From Antedon mediterranea (lineage: Eukaryota; Animalia; Echinodermata), in contig NC_092670.1 of NCBI RefSeq assembly GCF_964355755.1, positions 27,826,388 to 27,890,387 on the forward strand: a stretch of 64,000 bases of DNA, in the 5' to 3' direction. The notes under the pieces are model-generated. The model had not been told where the DNA came from. It saw nothing but the letters and a program-made list of their open reading frames with translations, and did not search any database. This document shows, one piece after another, positions 38,601 through 51,200 of the stretch. Numbering within the stretch: the stretch's first letter is position 1; each line of letters opens with the position of its first letter. The position numbers were made by a program, and so were the translations under genes.

Positions 38601-41600
38601 GATTTGAAGCTATTCTGTACACTTTGATGTTTTTTTTGTTAACAAGTTTTTTCGAAAGTCACAAAATGGTCTAAAACGTCTCCAAATGCGATTTGAAGCT
38701 ATTCTAAGCACTTTGGTGTTTTTATGTTAACAAGTTTTTTCGAAAATCACAAAATGGTGTAAAACGTCTCCAAATGCGATTTGAAGCTATTCTAAGCAAT
38801 TTGGTGTTTTTATGTTAACAAGTTTTTTCGAAAATCACAAAATGGTGTAAAACGTCTCCAAATGCGATTTTAAGCTATTCTAAGCAATTTGGTGTTTTTT
38901 TATGTTAACAAGTTTTTTCGAAAATCACAAAATGGTCTAAAACGTCTCCAAATGCGATTTGAAGCTATTCTGTACACTTTGCTGTTTTGTGAGAATAATT
39001 TTTGTCGAAATGCTCAAAATGGTCAAAAACGTTTTTAAATACGATATTAAGCTATTTTGTGCTCTTTGATGTTTTTGTGTGAAAAGTTTTATCGAAATGC
39101 TCAAAATGGTCTAAAACGGTTTCTAATGTGATTTTAAGCACTTTGGTGTTTTTATGTTAACAAGTTTTTTCGAAAATCACAAAATGGTCTAAAACGTCTC
39201 CAAATGTGATTTGAAGCTATTCAAAACACTTTGGTGTTTTTATGTTAACAAGTTTTTTCGAAAATCACAAATTGGTCTAAAACGTCTCCAAATGCGATTT
39301 GAAGCTATTTTAAGCACTTTGGTGTTTTTGTGTAACCAAGTTTTTTCGAAAATCACAAAAGGGTCTAAAATGTCTCAAAATGCGATTTGAAGCTATTCTG
39401 TACACTTTGATGTTTTTTTGTTAACAAGTTTTTTCGAAAGTCACAAAATGGTCTAAAACGTCTCCAAATGCGATTTGAAGCTATTCTAAGCACTTTGCTG
39501 TATTGTGTGAATAATTTTTGTCGAAATGCTCAAAATGGTCAAAAACGTTTTTAAATACGATATTAAGCTATTTTGTGCTCTTTGATGTTTTTGTGTGAAA
39601 AGTTTTATCGAAATGCTCAAAATGGTCTAAAACGGTTTCTAATGTGATTTTAAGCACTTTGATGTTTTTATGTTAACAACTTTTTTAGAAAATCACAAAA
39701 TGGTCTAAAACGTTTCCAAATGCGATTTGAAGCAATTCTAAGCACTTTGGTGTTTTTATGGTAACGAGTTTTTTTGAATATCACAAAATGGTCTAAAATG
39801 TCTCCAAATGCGATTTGAAGCTTTTCTAAGCACTTTGGTGTTTTTATGTTAACAAGTTTTTTCGAAAATCACAAAATGGTCTAAAACGTCTCCAAATGCG
39901 ATTTGAAGCTATTCTGTACACTTTGCTGTTTTGTGTGAATAATTTTTGTCGAAATGCTCAAAATGGTCAAAAACGTTTTTAAATACGATATTAAGCTATT
40001 TTGTGCTCTTTTATGTTTTTGTGTGAAAAGTTTTATCGAAATGCTCAAAATGGTCTAAAACGGTTTCTAATGTGATTTTAAGCACTTTGATGTTTTTATG
40101 TTAACAACTTTTTTAGAAAATCACAAAATGGTCTAAAACGTCTCCAAATGCGATTTGAAGCAATTCTAAGCACTTTGGTGTTTTTATGGTAACGAGTTTT
40201 TTTGAATATCACAAAATGGTCTAAAATGTCTCCAAATGCGATTTGAAGCTTTTCTAAGCACTTTGGTGTTTTTATGGTAACGAGTTATTTCGAAAATCAC
40301 AAAATGGTCTAAAACGTCTCCAAATGCGATTTGAAGCTATTCTGTACACTTTGCTGTTTTGTGTGAATAATTTTTGTCAAAATGCTCAAAATGGTCAAAA
40401 ACGTTTTTAAATACTATATTAAGCTATTTTGTGCTCTTTGATGTTTTTGTGTGAAAAGTTTTATCGAAATGCTCAAAATGGTCTAAAACGGTTTCTAATG
40501 TGATTTTAAGCACTTTGATGTTTTTATGTTAACAACTTTTTTAGAAAATTACAAAATGGTGTAAAACGTCTCCAAATGCGATTTGAAGCTATTCTAAGCA
40601 ATTTGGTGTTTTTATGTTAACAAGTTTTTTCGAAAATCACAAAATGGTCTAAAACGTCTCCAAATGCGATTTGAAGCTATTCTAAGCACTTTTGTGTTTT
40701 TATGTTAACAAGTTTTTTCGAAAATCACAAAATGGTCTAAAATGTCTCCAAATGCGATTTGAAGCTTTTCTAAGCACTTTTGTGTTTTTATGTTTACAAG
40801 TTTTTTCGAAAATCACAAAATGGTCTAAAACGTCTCCAAATGCGATTTGAAGCTATTCTGTACACTTTGCTGTTTTGTGTGAATAATTTTTGTCAAAATG
40901 CTCAAAATGGTCAAAAACGTTTTTAAATACTATATTAAGCTATTTTGTGTTCTTTGATGTTTTTATGTGAAAAATTTTATCGAAATGCTCAAAATGGTCT
41001 AAAACGGTTTCTAATGTGATTTTAAGAACTTTGATGTTTTTATGTTAAAAACTTTTTTAGAAAATCACAAAATGGTCTAAAACGTCTCCAAATGCGATTT
41101 GAAGCAATTCTAAGCACTTTGGTGTTTTTATGTTAACACGTTTTTTCGAAAATCACAAAATGGTCTACAACGTCTCCAAATGCGATTTGAAGATATTCTA
41201 AGCACTTTGGTGTTTTTATGTTAACAAGTTTTTTCGAAAATCACAAAGTGGTATAAAACGTCTCCAAATGCGATTTTAAGGTATTCTAAGCACTTTGGTG
41301 TTTTTATGTTAACAAGTTTTTTCGAAAATCACAAAATGGTCTAAAACGTCTCCAAATGTGATTTGAAGCTATTCTAAACACTTTGGTGTTTTTATGTTAA
41401 CAAGTTTTTTCGAAAATCACAAATTGGTCTAAAACGTCTCCAAATGCGATTTGAAGCTATTTTAAGCACTTTGGTGTTTTTGTGTAACCAAGTTTTTTCG
41501 AAAATCACAAAAGGGTCTAAAATGTCTCAAAATGCGATTTGAAGCTATTCTGTACACTTTGATGTTTTTATGTTAACAACTTTTTTAGAAAATCACAAAA

Positions 41601-44600
41601 TGGTCTAAAACGTCTCCAAATGCGATTTGAAGCAATTCTAAGCACTTTGGTGTTTTTATGGTAACGAGTTTTTTTGAATATCACAAAATGGTCTAAAATG
41701 TCTCCAAATGCGATTTGAAGCTTTTCTAAGCACTTTGGTGTTTTTATGTTAACAAGTTTTTTCGAAAATCACAAAATGGTCTAAAACGTCTCCAAATGCG
41801 ATTTGAAGCTATTCTGTACACTTTGCTGTTTTGTGTGAATAATTTTTGTCGAAATGCTCAAAATGGTCAAAAACGTTTTTAAATACGATATTAAGCTATT
41901 TTGTGCTCTTTGATGTTTTTGTGTGAAAAGTTTTATCGAAATGCTCAAAATGGTCTAAAACGGTTTCTAATGTGATTTTAAGCACTTTGATGTTTTTATG
42001 TTAACAACTTTTTTAGAAAATCACAAAATGGTCTAAAACGTCTCCAAATGCGATTTGAAGCAATTCTAAGCACTTTGGTGTTTTTATGGTAACGAGTTTT
42101 TTTGAATATCACAAAATGGTCTAAAACGTCTCCAAATGCGATTTGAAGCTTTTCTAAGCACTTTGGTGTTTTTATGTTTACAAGTTTTTTCGAAAATCAC
42201 AAAATGGTCTAAAACGGCTCCAAATACGATTTGAAGCTATTCTAAGCACTTTGGTGTTTTTATGTTAACAAGTTTTTTCGAAAATCACAAAATGGTCTAA
42301 AACGTCTCCAAATGCGATTTGAAGCTATTCTAAGCACTTTGGTGTTTTTATGTTAACAAGTTTTTTCGAAAATCACAAAATGGTGTAGAATGTCTCCAAA
42401 TGCGATTTGAAGCTATTCTAAGCAATTTTGTGTTTTTATGTTAACAAGTTTTTTCGAAAATCACAAAATGGTGTAAAACGTCTCCAAATGCGATTTTAAG
42501 CTATTCTAAGCACTTTTGTGTTTTTATGTTAACAAGTTTTTTCGAAAATCACAAAATGGTCTAAAATGTCTCCAAATGCGATTTGAAGCTATTCTGTACA
42601 CTTTGCTGTTTTGTGTGAATAATTTTTGTCAAAATGCTCAAAATGGTCAAAAACGTTTTTAAATACTATATTAAGCTATTTTGTGTTCTTTGATGTTTTT
42701 GTGTGAAAAGTTTTTTCGAAATGCTCAAAATGGTCTAAAACGGTTTCTAATGTGATTTTAAGCACTTTGATGTTTTTATGTTAACAACTTTTTTAGAAAA
42801 TTACAAAATGGTCTAAAACGTCTCCAAATGCAATTTGAAGCAATTCTAAGCACTTTGGTGTTTTTATGTTAACAAGTTTTTTCGAAAATCACAAAATGGT
42901 CTAAAACGTCTCCAAATGCTATTTGAAGCTATTCTGTACACTTTGCTGTTTTGTGTGAATAATTTTTGTTGAAATGCTCAAAATGGTCAAAAACGTTTTT
43001 AAATACGATATTAAGCTATTTTGTGCTCTTTGATGTTTTTGTGTGAAAAGTTTTATCGAAATGCTCAAAATGGTCTAAAACGGTTTCTAATGTGATTTTA
43101 AGCACTTTGGTGTTTTTATGTTAACAAGTTTTTTCGAAAATCACAAAATGGTCTAAAATGTCTCCAAATGCGATTTGAAGCTTTTCTAAGCACTTTGGTG
43201 TTTTTATGTTAACAAGTTTTTTCGAAAATCACAAAATGGTCTAAAACGTCTCCAAATGTGATTTGAAGCTATTCTAAACACTTTGGTGTTTTTATGTTAA
43301 CAAGTTTTTTCGAAAATCACAAATTGGTCTAAAACGTCTCCAAATGCGATTTGAAGCTATTTTAAGCACTTTGGTGTTTTTGTGTAACCAAGTTTTTTCG
43401 AAAATCACAAAAGGGTCTAAAATGTCTCAAAATGCGATTTGAAGCTATTCTGTACACTTTGATGTTTTTATGTTAACAACTTTTTTAGAAAATCACAAAA
43501 TGGTCTAAAACGTCTCCAAATGCGATTTGAAGCAATTCTAAGCACTTTGGTGTTTTTATGGTAACGAGTTTTTTTGAATATCACAAAATGGTCTAAAATG
43601 TCTCCAAATGCGATTTGAAGCTATTCTAAGCACTTTGGTGTTTTTATGTTAACAAGTTTTTTCGAAAATCACAAAATGGTGTAAAACGTCTCCAAATGCG
43701 ATTTGAAGCTATTCTAAGCACTTTGGTGTTTTTATGTTAACAAGTTTTTTCGAAAATCACAAAATGGTGTAAAACTTCTCCAAATACGATTTTAAGCTAT
43801 TCTAAGCAATTTGGTGTTTTTATGTTAACAAGTTTTTTCGAAAATCACAAAATGGTCTAAAACGTCTCCAAATGCGATTTGAAGCTATTCTGTACACTTT
43901 GCTGTTTTGTGTGAATAATTTTTGTTGAAATGCTCAAAATGGTCAAAAACGTTTTTAAATACTATATTAAGCTATTTTGTGTTCTTTGATGTTTTTGTGT
44001 GAAAAGTTTTATCGAAATGCTCAAAATGGTCTAAAACGGTTTCTAATGTGATTTTAAGCACTTTGATGTTTTTATGTTAACAACTTTTTTAGAAAATCAC
44101 AAAATGGTCTAAAACGTCTCCAAATGCGATTTGAAGCAATTCTAAGCACTTTGGTGTTTTTATGGTAACGAGTTTTTTTGAATATCACAAAATGGTCTAA
44201 AACGTCTCCAAATGCGATTTGAAGCTTTTCTAAGCACTTTGGTGTTTTTATGTTTACAAGTTTTTTCGAAAATCACAAAATGGTCTAAAACGGCTCCAAA
44301 TACGATTTGAAGCTATTCTAAGCACTTTGGTGTTTTTATGTTAACAAGTTTTTTCGAAAATCACAAAATGGTCTAAAACGTCTCCAAATGCGATTTGAAG
44401 CTATTCTAAGCACTTTGGTGTTTTTATGTTAACAAGTTTTTTCGAAAATCACAAAATGGTGTAAAACATCTCCAAATGCGATTTGAAGCTATTCTAAGCA
44501 ATTTTGTGTTTTTATGTTAACAAGTTTTTTCGAAAATCACAAAATGGTCTAAAACGTCTCCAAATGCGATTTGAAGCTATTCTAAGCACTTTTGTGTTTT

Positions 44601-47600
44601 TATGTTAACAAGTTTTTTCGAAAATCACAAAATGGTCTAAAATGTCTCAAAATGCGATTTGAAGCTATTCTGTACACTTTGCTGTTTTGTGTGAATAATT
44701 TTTGTCAAAATGCTCAAAATGGTCAAAAACGTTTTTAAATACTATATTAAGCTATTTTGTGTTCTTTGATGTTTTTGTGTGAAAAGTTTTTTCGAAATGC
44801 TCAAAATGGTCTAAAACGGTTTCTAATGTGATTTTAAGCACTTTGATGTTTTTATGTTAACAACTTTTTTAGAAAATTACAAAATGGTCTAAAACGTCTC
44901 CAAATGCAATTTGAAGCAATTCTAAGCACTTTGGTGTTTTTATGTTAACAAGTTTTTTCGAAAATCACAAAATGGTCTAAAACGTCTCCAAATGCGATTT
45001 GAAGCTATTCTGTACACTTTGCTGTTTTGTGTGAATAATTTTTGTTGAAATGCTCAAAATGGTCAAAAACGTTTTTAAATACGATATTAAGCTATTTTGT
45101 GCTCTTTGATGTTTTTGTGTGAAAAGTTTTATCGAAATGCTCAAAATGGTCTAAAACGGTTTCTAATGTGATTTTAAGCACTTTGGTGTTTTTATGTTAA
45201 CAAGTTTTTTCGAAAATCACAAAATGGTCTAAAACGTCTCCAAATGTGATTTGAAGCTATTCTAAACACTTTGGTGTTTTTATGTTAACAAGTTTTTTCG
45301 AAAATCACAAATTGGTCTAAAACGTCTCCAAATGCGATTTGAAGCTATTTTAAGCACTTTGGTGTTTTTGTGTAACCAAGTTTTTTCGAAAATCACAAAA
45401 GGGTCTAAAATGTCTCAAAATGCGATTTGAAGCTATTCTGTACACTTTGATGTTTTTTTGTTAACAAGTTTTTTCGAAAGTCTCAAAATGGTCTAAAAAG
45501 TCTCCAAATGCGATTTGAAGCTATTCTAAGCACTTTGGTGTTTTTATGTTAACAAGTTTTATCGAAAATCACAAAATGGTGTAAAACGTCTCCAAATGCG
45601 ATTTGAAGCTATTCTAAGCACTTTGGTGTTTTTATGTTAACAAGTTTTTTCGAAAATCACAAAATGGTGTAAAACGTCTCCAAATGCGATTTTAAGCTAT
45701 TCTAAGCAATTTGGTGTTTTTATGTTAACAAGTTTTTTCGAAAATCACAAAATGGTCTAAAACGTCTCCAAATGCGATTTGAAGCTATTCTGTACACTTT
45801 GCTGTTTTGTGAGAATAATTTTTGTCGAAATGCTCAAAATGGTCAAAAACGTTTTTAAATACGATATTAAGCTATTTTGTGCTCTTTGATGTTTTTGTGT
45901 GAAAAGTTTTATCGAAATGCTCAAAATGGTCTAAAACGGTTTCTAATGTGATTTTAAGCACTTTGATGTTTTTATGTTAACAACTTTTTTAGAAAATTAC
46001 AAAATGGTGTAAAACGTCTCCAAATGCGATTTGAAGCTATTCTAAGCAATTTCGTGTTTTTATGTTAACAAGTTTTTTCGAAAATCACAAAATGGTCTAA
46101 AACGTCTCCAAATGCGATTTGAAGCTATTCTAAGCACTTTTGTGTTTTTATGTTAACAAGTTTTTTCGAAAATCACAAAATGGTCTAAAATGTCTCCAAA
46201 TGCGATTTTAAGGTATTCTAAGCACTTTGGTGTTTTTATGTTAACAAGTTTTTTCGAAAATCACAAAATGGTCTAAAACGTCTCCAAATGCGATTTGAAG
46301 CTATTCTAAGCACTTTGGTGTTTTTATGTTAACAAGTTTTTTCGAAAATCACAAAATGGTGTAAAACTTCTCCAAATACGATTTTAAGCTATTCTAAGCA
46401 ATTTGGTGTTTTTATGTTAACAAGTTTTTTCGAAAATCACAAAATGGTATAAAACGTCTCCAAATACGATTTGAAGCAATTCTAAGCACTTTGGTGTTTT
46501 TATGTTAACAAGTTTTTTCGAAAATTACAAAATGGTATAAAACGTCTCCAAATGCGATTTGAAGATTTTCTAAGCACTTTGGTGTTTTTATGTTTACAAG
46601 TTTTTTCGAAAATCACAAAATGGTCTAAAACGTCTCCAAATGCGATTTGAAGCTATTCTGTACACTTTGCTGTTTTGTGTGAATAATTTTGTCAAAATGC
46701 TCAAAATGGTCAAAAACGTTTTTAAATACTATATTAAGCTATTTTGTGTTCTTTGATGTTTTTGTGTGAAAAGTTTTATCGAAATGCTCAAAATGGTCTA
46801 AAACGGTTTCTAATGAAATGATTTTAAGAACTTTGATGTTTTTATGTTAACAACTTTTTTAGAAAATCACAAAATGGTCTAAAACGTCTCCAAATGCGAT
46901 TTGAAGCAATTCTAAGCACTTTGGTGTTTTTATGTTAACAAGTTTTTTCGAAAATCACAAAATGGTATAAAACCTCTCCAAATGCGATTTTAAGGTATTC
47001 TAAGCACTTTGGTGTTTTTATGTTAACAAGTTTTTTCGAAAATCACAAAATGGTCTAAAACGTCTACAAATGCGATTTGAAGCTATTCTAAGCACTTTGG
47101 TGTTTTTATGTTAACAAGTTTTTTCGAAAATCACAAAATGGTATAAAACGTCTCCAAATGAGATTTTAAGGTATTCTAAGCACTTTGGTGTTTTTATGTT
47201 AACAAGTTTTTTCGAAAATCACAAAATGGTCTAAAACGTCTACAAATGCGATTTGAAGCTATTCTAAGCACTTTGGTGTTTTTATGTTAACAAGTTTTTT
47301 CGAAAATCACAAAATGGTCTAAAACGTCTCCAAATGCGATTTGAAGCTATTCTGTACACTTTGCTGTTTTGTGTGAATAATTTTTGTCGAAATGCTCAAA
47401 ATGGTCAAAAACGTTTTTAAATACGATATTAAGCTATTTTGTGCTCTTTGATGTTTTTGTGTGAAAAGTTTTATCGAAATGCTCAAAATGGTCTAAAACG
47501 GTTTCTAATGTGATTTTAAGCACTTTGATGTTTTTATGTTAACAACTTTTTTAGAAAATCACAAAATGGTCTAAAACGTCTCCAAATGCGATTTGAAGCA

Positions 47601-50600
47601 ATTCTAAGCACTTTGGTGTTTTTATGGTAACGAGTTTTTTTGAATATCACAAAATGGTCTAAAATGTCTCCAAATGCGATTTGAAGCTATTCTGTACACT
47701 TTGATGTTTTTTTGTTAACAAGTTTTTTCGAAAGTCACAAAATGGTCTAAAACGTCTCCAAATGCGATTTGAAACTATTCTAAGCACTTTGGTGTTTTTA
47801 TGTTAACAAGTTTTTTCGAAAATCACAAAATGGGGTAAAACGTCTCCAAATGCGATTTGAAGCTATTCTAAGCACTTTGGTGTTTTTATGTTAACAAGTT
47901 TTTTCGAAAATCACAAAATGGTGTAAAACTTCTCCAAATACGATTTTAAGCTATTCTAAGCAATTTGGTGTTTTTATGTTAACAAGTTTTTTCGAAAATC
48001 ACAAAATGGTCTAAAACGTCTCCAAATGCGATTTGAAGCTATTCTGTACACTTTGCTGTTTTGTGTGAATAATTTTTGTTGAAATGCTCAAAATGGTCAA
48101 AAACGTTTTTAAATACTATATTAAGCTATTTTGTGCTCTTTGATGTTTTTGTGTGAAAAGTTTTATCGAAATGCTCAAAATGGTCTAAAACGGTTTCTAA
48201 TGTGATTTTAAGCACTTTGATGTTTTTATGTTAACAACTTTTTTAGAAAATTACAAAATGGTGTAAAACGTCTCCAAATGCGATTTGAAGCTATTCTAAG
48301 CACTTTGGTGTTTTTATGGTAACGAGTTTTTTTGAATATCACAAAATGGTCTAAAATGTCTCCAAATGCGATTTGAAGCTTTTCTAAGCACTTTGGTGTT
48401 TTTATGTTAACAAGTTTTTTCGAAAATCACAAAATGGTCTAAAACGTCTCCAAATGTGATTTGAAGCTATTCTAAACACTTTGGTGTTTTTATGTTAACA
48501 AGTTTTTTCGAAAATCACAAATTGGTCTAAAACGTCTCCAAATGCGATTTGAAGCTAGTTTAAGCACTTTGGTGTTTTTGTGTAACCAAGTTTTTTCGAA
48601 AATCACAAAAGGGTCTAAAATGTCTCAAAATGCGATTTGAAGCTATTCTGTACACTTTGATGTTTTTTTTGTTAACAAGTTTTTTCGAAAGTCACAAAAT
48701 GGTCTAAAACGTCTCCAAATGCGATTTGAAGCTATTCTAAGCACTTTGGTGTTTTTATGTTAACAAGTTTTTTCGAAAATCACAAAATGGTGTAAAACGT
48801 CTCCAAATGCGATTTGAAGCTATTCTAAGCAATTTGGTGTTTTTATGTTAACAAGTTTTTTCGAAAATCACAAAATGGTGTAAAACGTCTCCAAATGCGA
48901 TTTTAAGCTATTCTAAGCAATTTGGTGTTTTTTTATGTTAACAAGTTTTTTCGAAAATCACAAAATGGTCTAAAACGTCTCCAAATGCGATTTGAAGCTA
49001 TTCTGTACACTTTGCTGTTTTGTGAGAATAATTTTTGTCGAAATGCTCAAAATGGTCAAAAACGTTTTTAAATACGATATTAAGCTATTTTGTGCTCTTT
49101 GATGTTTTTGTGTGAAAAGTTTTATCGAAATGCTCAAAATGGTCTAAAACGGTTTCTAATGTGATTTTAAGCACTTTGGTGTTTTTATGTTAACAAGTTT
49201 TTTCGAAAATCACAAAATGGTCTAAAACGTCTCCAAATGTGATTTGAAGCTATTCAAAACACTTTGGTGTTTTTATGTTAACAAGTTTTTTCGAAAATCA
49301 CAAATTGGTCTAAAACGTCTCCAAATGCGATTTGAAGTTATTTTAAGCACTTTGGTGTTTTTGTGTAACCAAGTTTTTTCGAAAATCACAAAAGGGTCTA
49401 AAATGTCTCAAAATGCGATTTGAAGCTATTCTGTACACTTTGATGTTTTTTTGTTAACAAGTTTTTTCGAAAGTCACAAAATGGTCTAAAACGTCTCCAA
49501 ATGCGATTTGAAGCTATTCTAAGCACTTTGCTGTATTGTGTGAATAATTTTTGTCGAAATGCTCAAAATGGTCAAAAACGTTTTTAAATACGATATTAAG
49601 CTATTTTGTGCTCTTTGATGTTTTTGTGTGAAAAGTTTTATCGAAATGCTCAAAATGGTCTAAAACGGTTTCTAATGTGATTTTAAGCACTTTGATGTTT
49701 TTATGTTAACAACTTTTTTAGAAAATCACAAAATGGTCTAAAACGTCTCCAAATGCGATTTGAAGCAATTCTAAGCACTTTGGTGTTTTTATGGTAACGA
49801 GTTTTTTTGAATATCACAAAATGGTCTAAAATGTCTCCAAATGCGATTTGAAGCTTTTCTAAGCACTTTGGTGTTTTTATGTTAACAAGTTTTTTCGAAA
49901 ATCACAAAATGGTCTAAAACGTCTCCAAATGCGATTTGAAGCTATTCTGTACACTTTGCTGTTTTGTGTGAATAATTTTTGTCGAAATGCTCAAAATGGT
50001 CAAAAACGTTTTTAAATACGATATTAAGCTATTTTGTGCTCTTTTATGTTTTTGTGTGAAAAGTTTTATCGAAATGCTCAAAATGGTCTAAAACGGTTTC
50101 TAATGTGATTTTAAGCACTTTGATGTTTTTATGTTAACAACTTTTTTAGAAAATCACAAAATGGTCTAAAACGTCTCCAAATGCGATTTGAAGCAATTCT
50201 AAGCACTTTGGTGTTTTTATGGTAACGAGTTTTTTTGAATATCACAAAATGGTCTAAAATGTCTCCAAATGCGATTTGAAGCTTTTCTAAGCACTTTGGT
50301 GTTTTTATGGTAACGAGTTATTTCGAAAATCACAAAATGGTCTAAAACGTCTCCAAATGCGATTTGAAGCTATTCTGTACACTTTGCTGTTTTGTGTGAA
50401 TAATTTTTGTCAAAATGCTCAAAATGGTCAAAAACGTTTTTAAATACTATATTAAGCTATTTTGTGCTCTTTGATGTTTTTGTGTGAAAAGTTTTATCGA
50501 AATGCTCAAAATGGTCTAAAACGGTTTCTAATGTGATTTTAAGCACTTTGATGTTTTTATGTTAACAACTTTTTTAGAAAATTACAAAATGGTGTAAAAC

Positions 50601-51200
50601 GTCTCCAAATGCGATTTGAAGCTATTCTAAGCAATTTGGTGTTTTTATGTTAACAAGTTTTTTCGAAAATCACAAAATGGTCTAAAACGTCTCCAAATGC
50701 GATTTGAAGCTATTCTAAGCACTTTTGTGTTTTTATGTTAACAAGTTTTTTCGAAAATCACAAAATGGTCTAAAATGTCTCCAAATGCGATTTGAAGCTT
50801 TTCTAAGCACTTTTGTGTTTTTATGTTTACAAGTTTTTTCGAAAATCACAAAATCGTCTAAAACGTCTCCAAATGCGATTTGAAGCTATTCTGTACACTT
50901 TGCTGTTTTGTGTGAATAATTTTTGTCAAAATGCTCAAAATGGTCAAAAACGTTTTTAAATACTATATTAAGCTATTTTGTGTTCTTTGATGTTTTTATG
51001 TGAAAAGTTTTATCGAAATGCTCAAAATGGTCTAAAACGGTTTCTAATGTGATTTTAAGAACTTTGATGTTTTTATGTTAAAAACTTTTTTAGAAAATCA
51101 CAAAATGGTCTAAAACGTCTCCAAATGCGATTTGAAGCAATTCTAAGCACTTTGGTGTTTTTATGTTAACACGTTTTTTCGAAAATCACAAAATGGTCTA
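32728..51200 (+). repeat. 10,033-bp period higher-order repeat (86 A + 15 BC dimers); ~32.7-41.2 kb matches ~42.8-51.2 kb
   Basis: Markers AAATGGGG 37795/47828, GCTAGTTT 38525/48558, GCTGTATTG 39502/49535 and GAGTTATTTCG 40285/50318 are all offset by 10,033 = 86x88 + 15x164 + 5 bp of indels. Confidence 0.9.
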
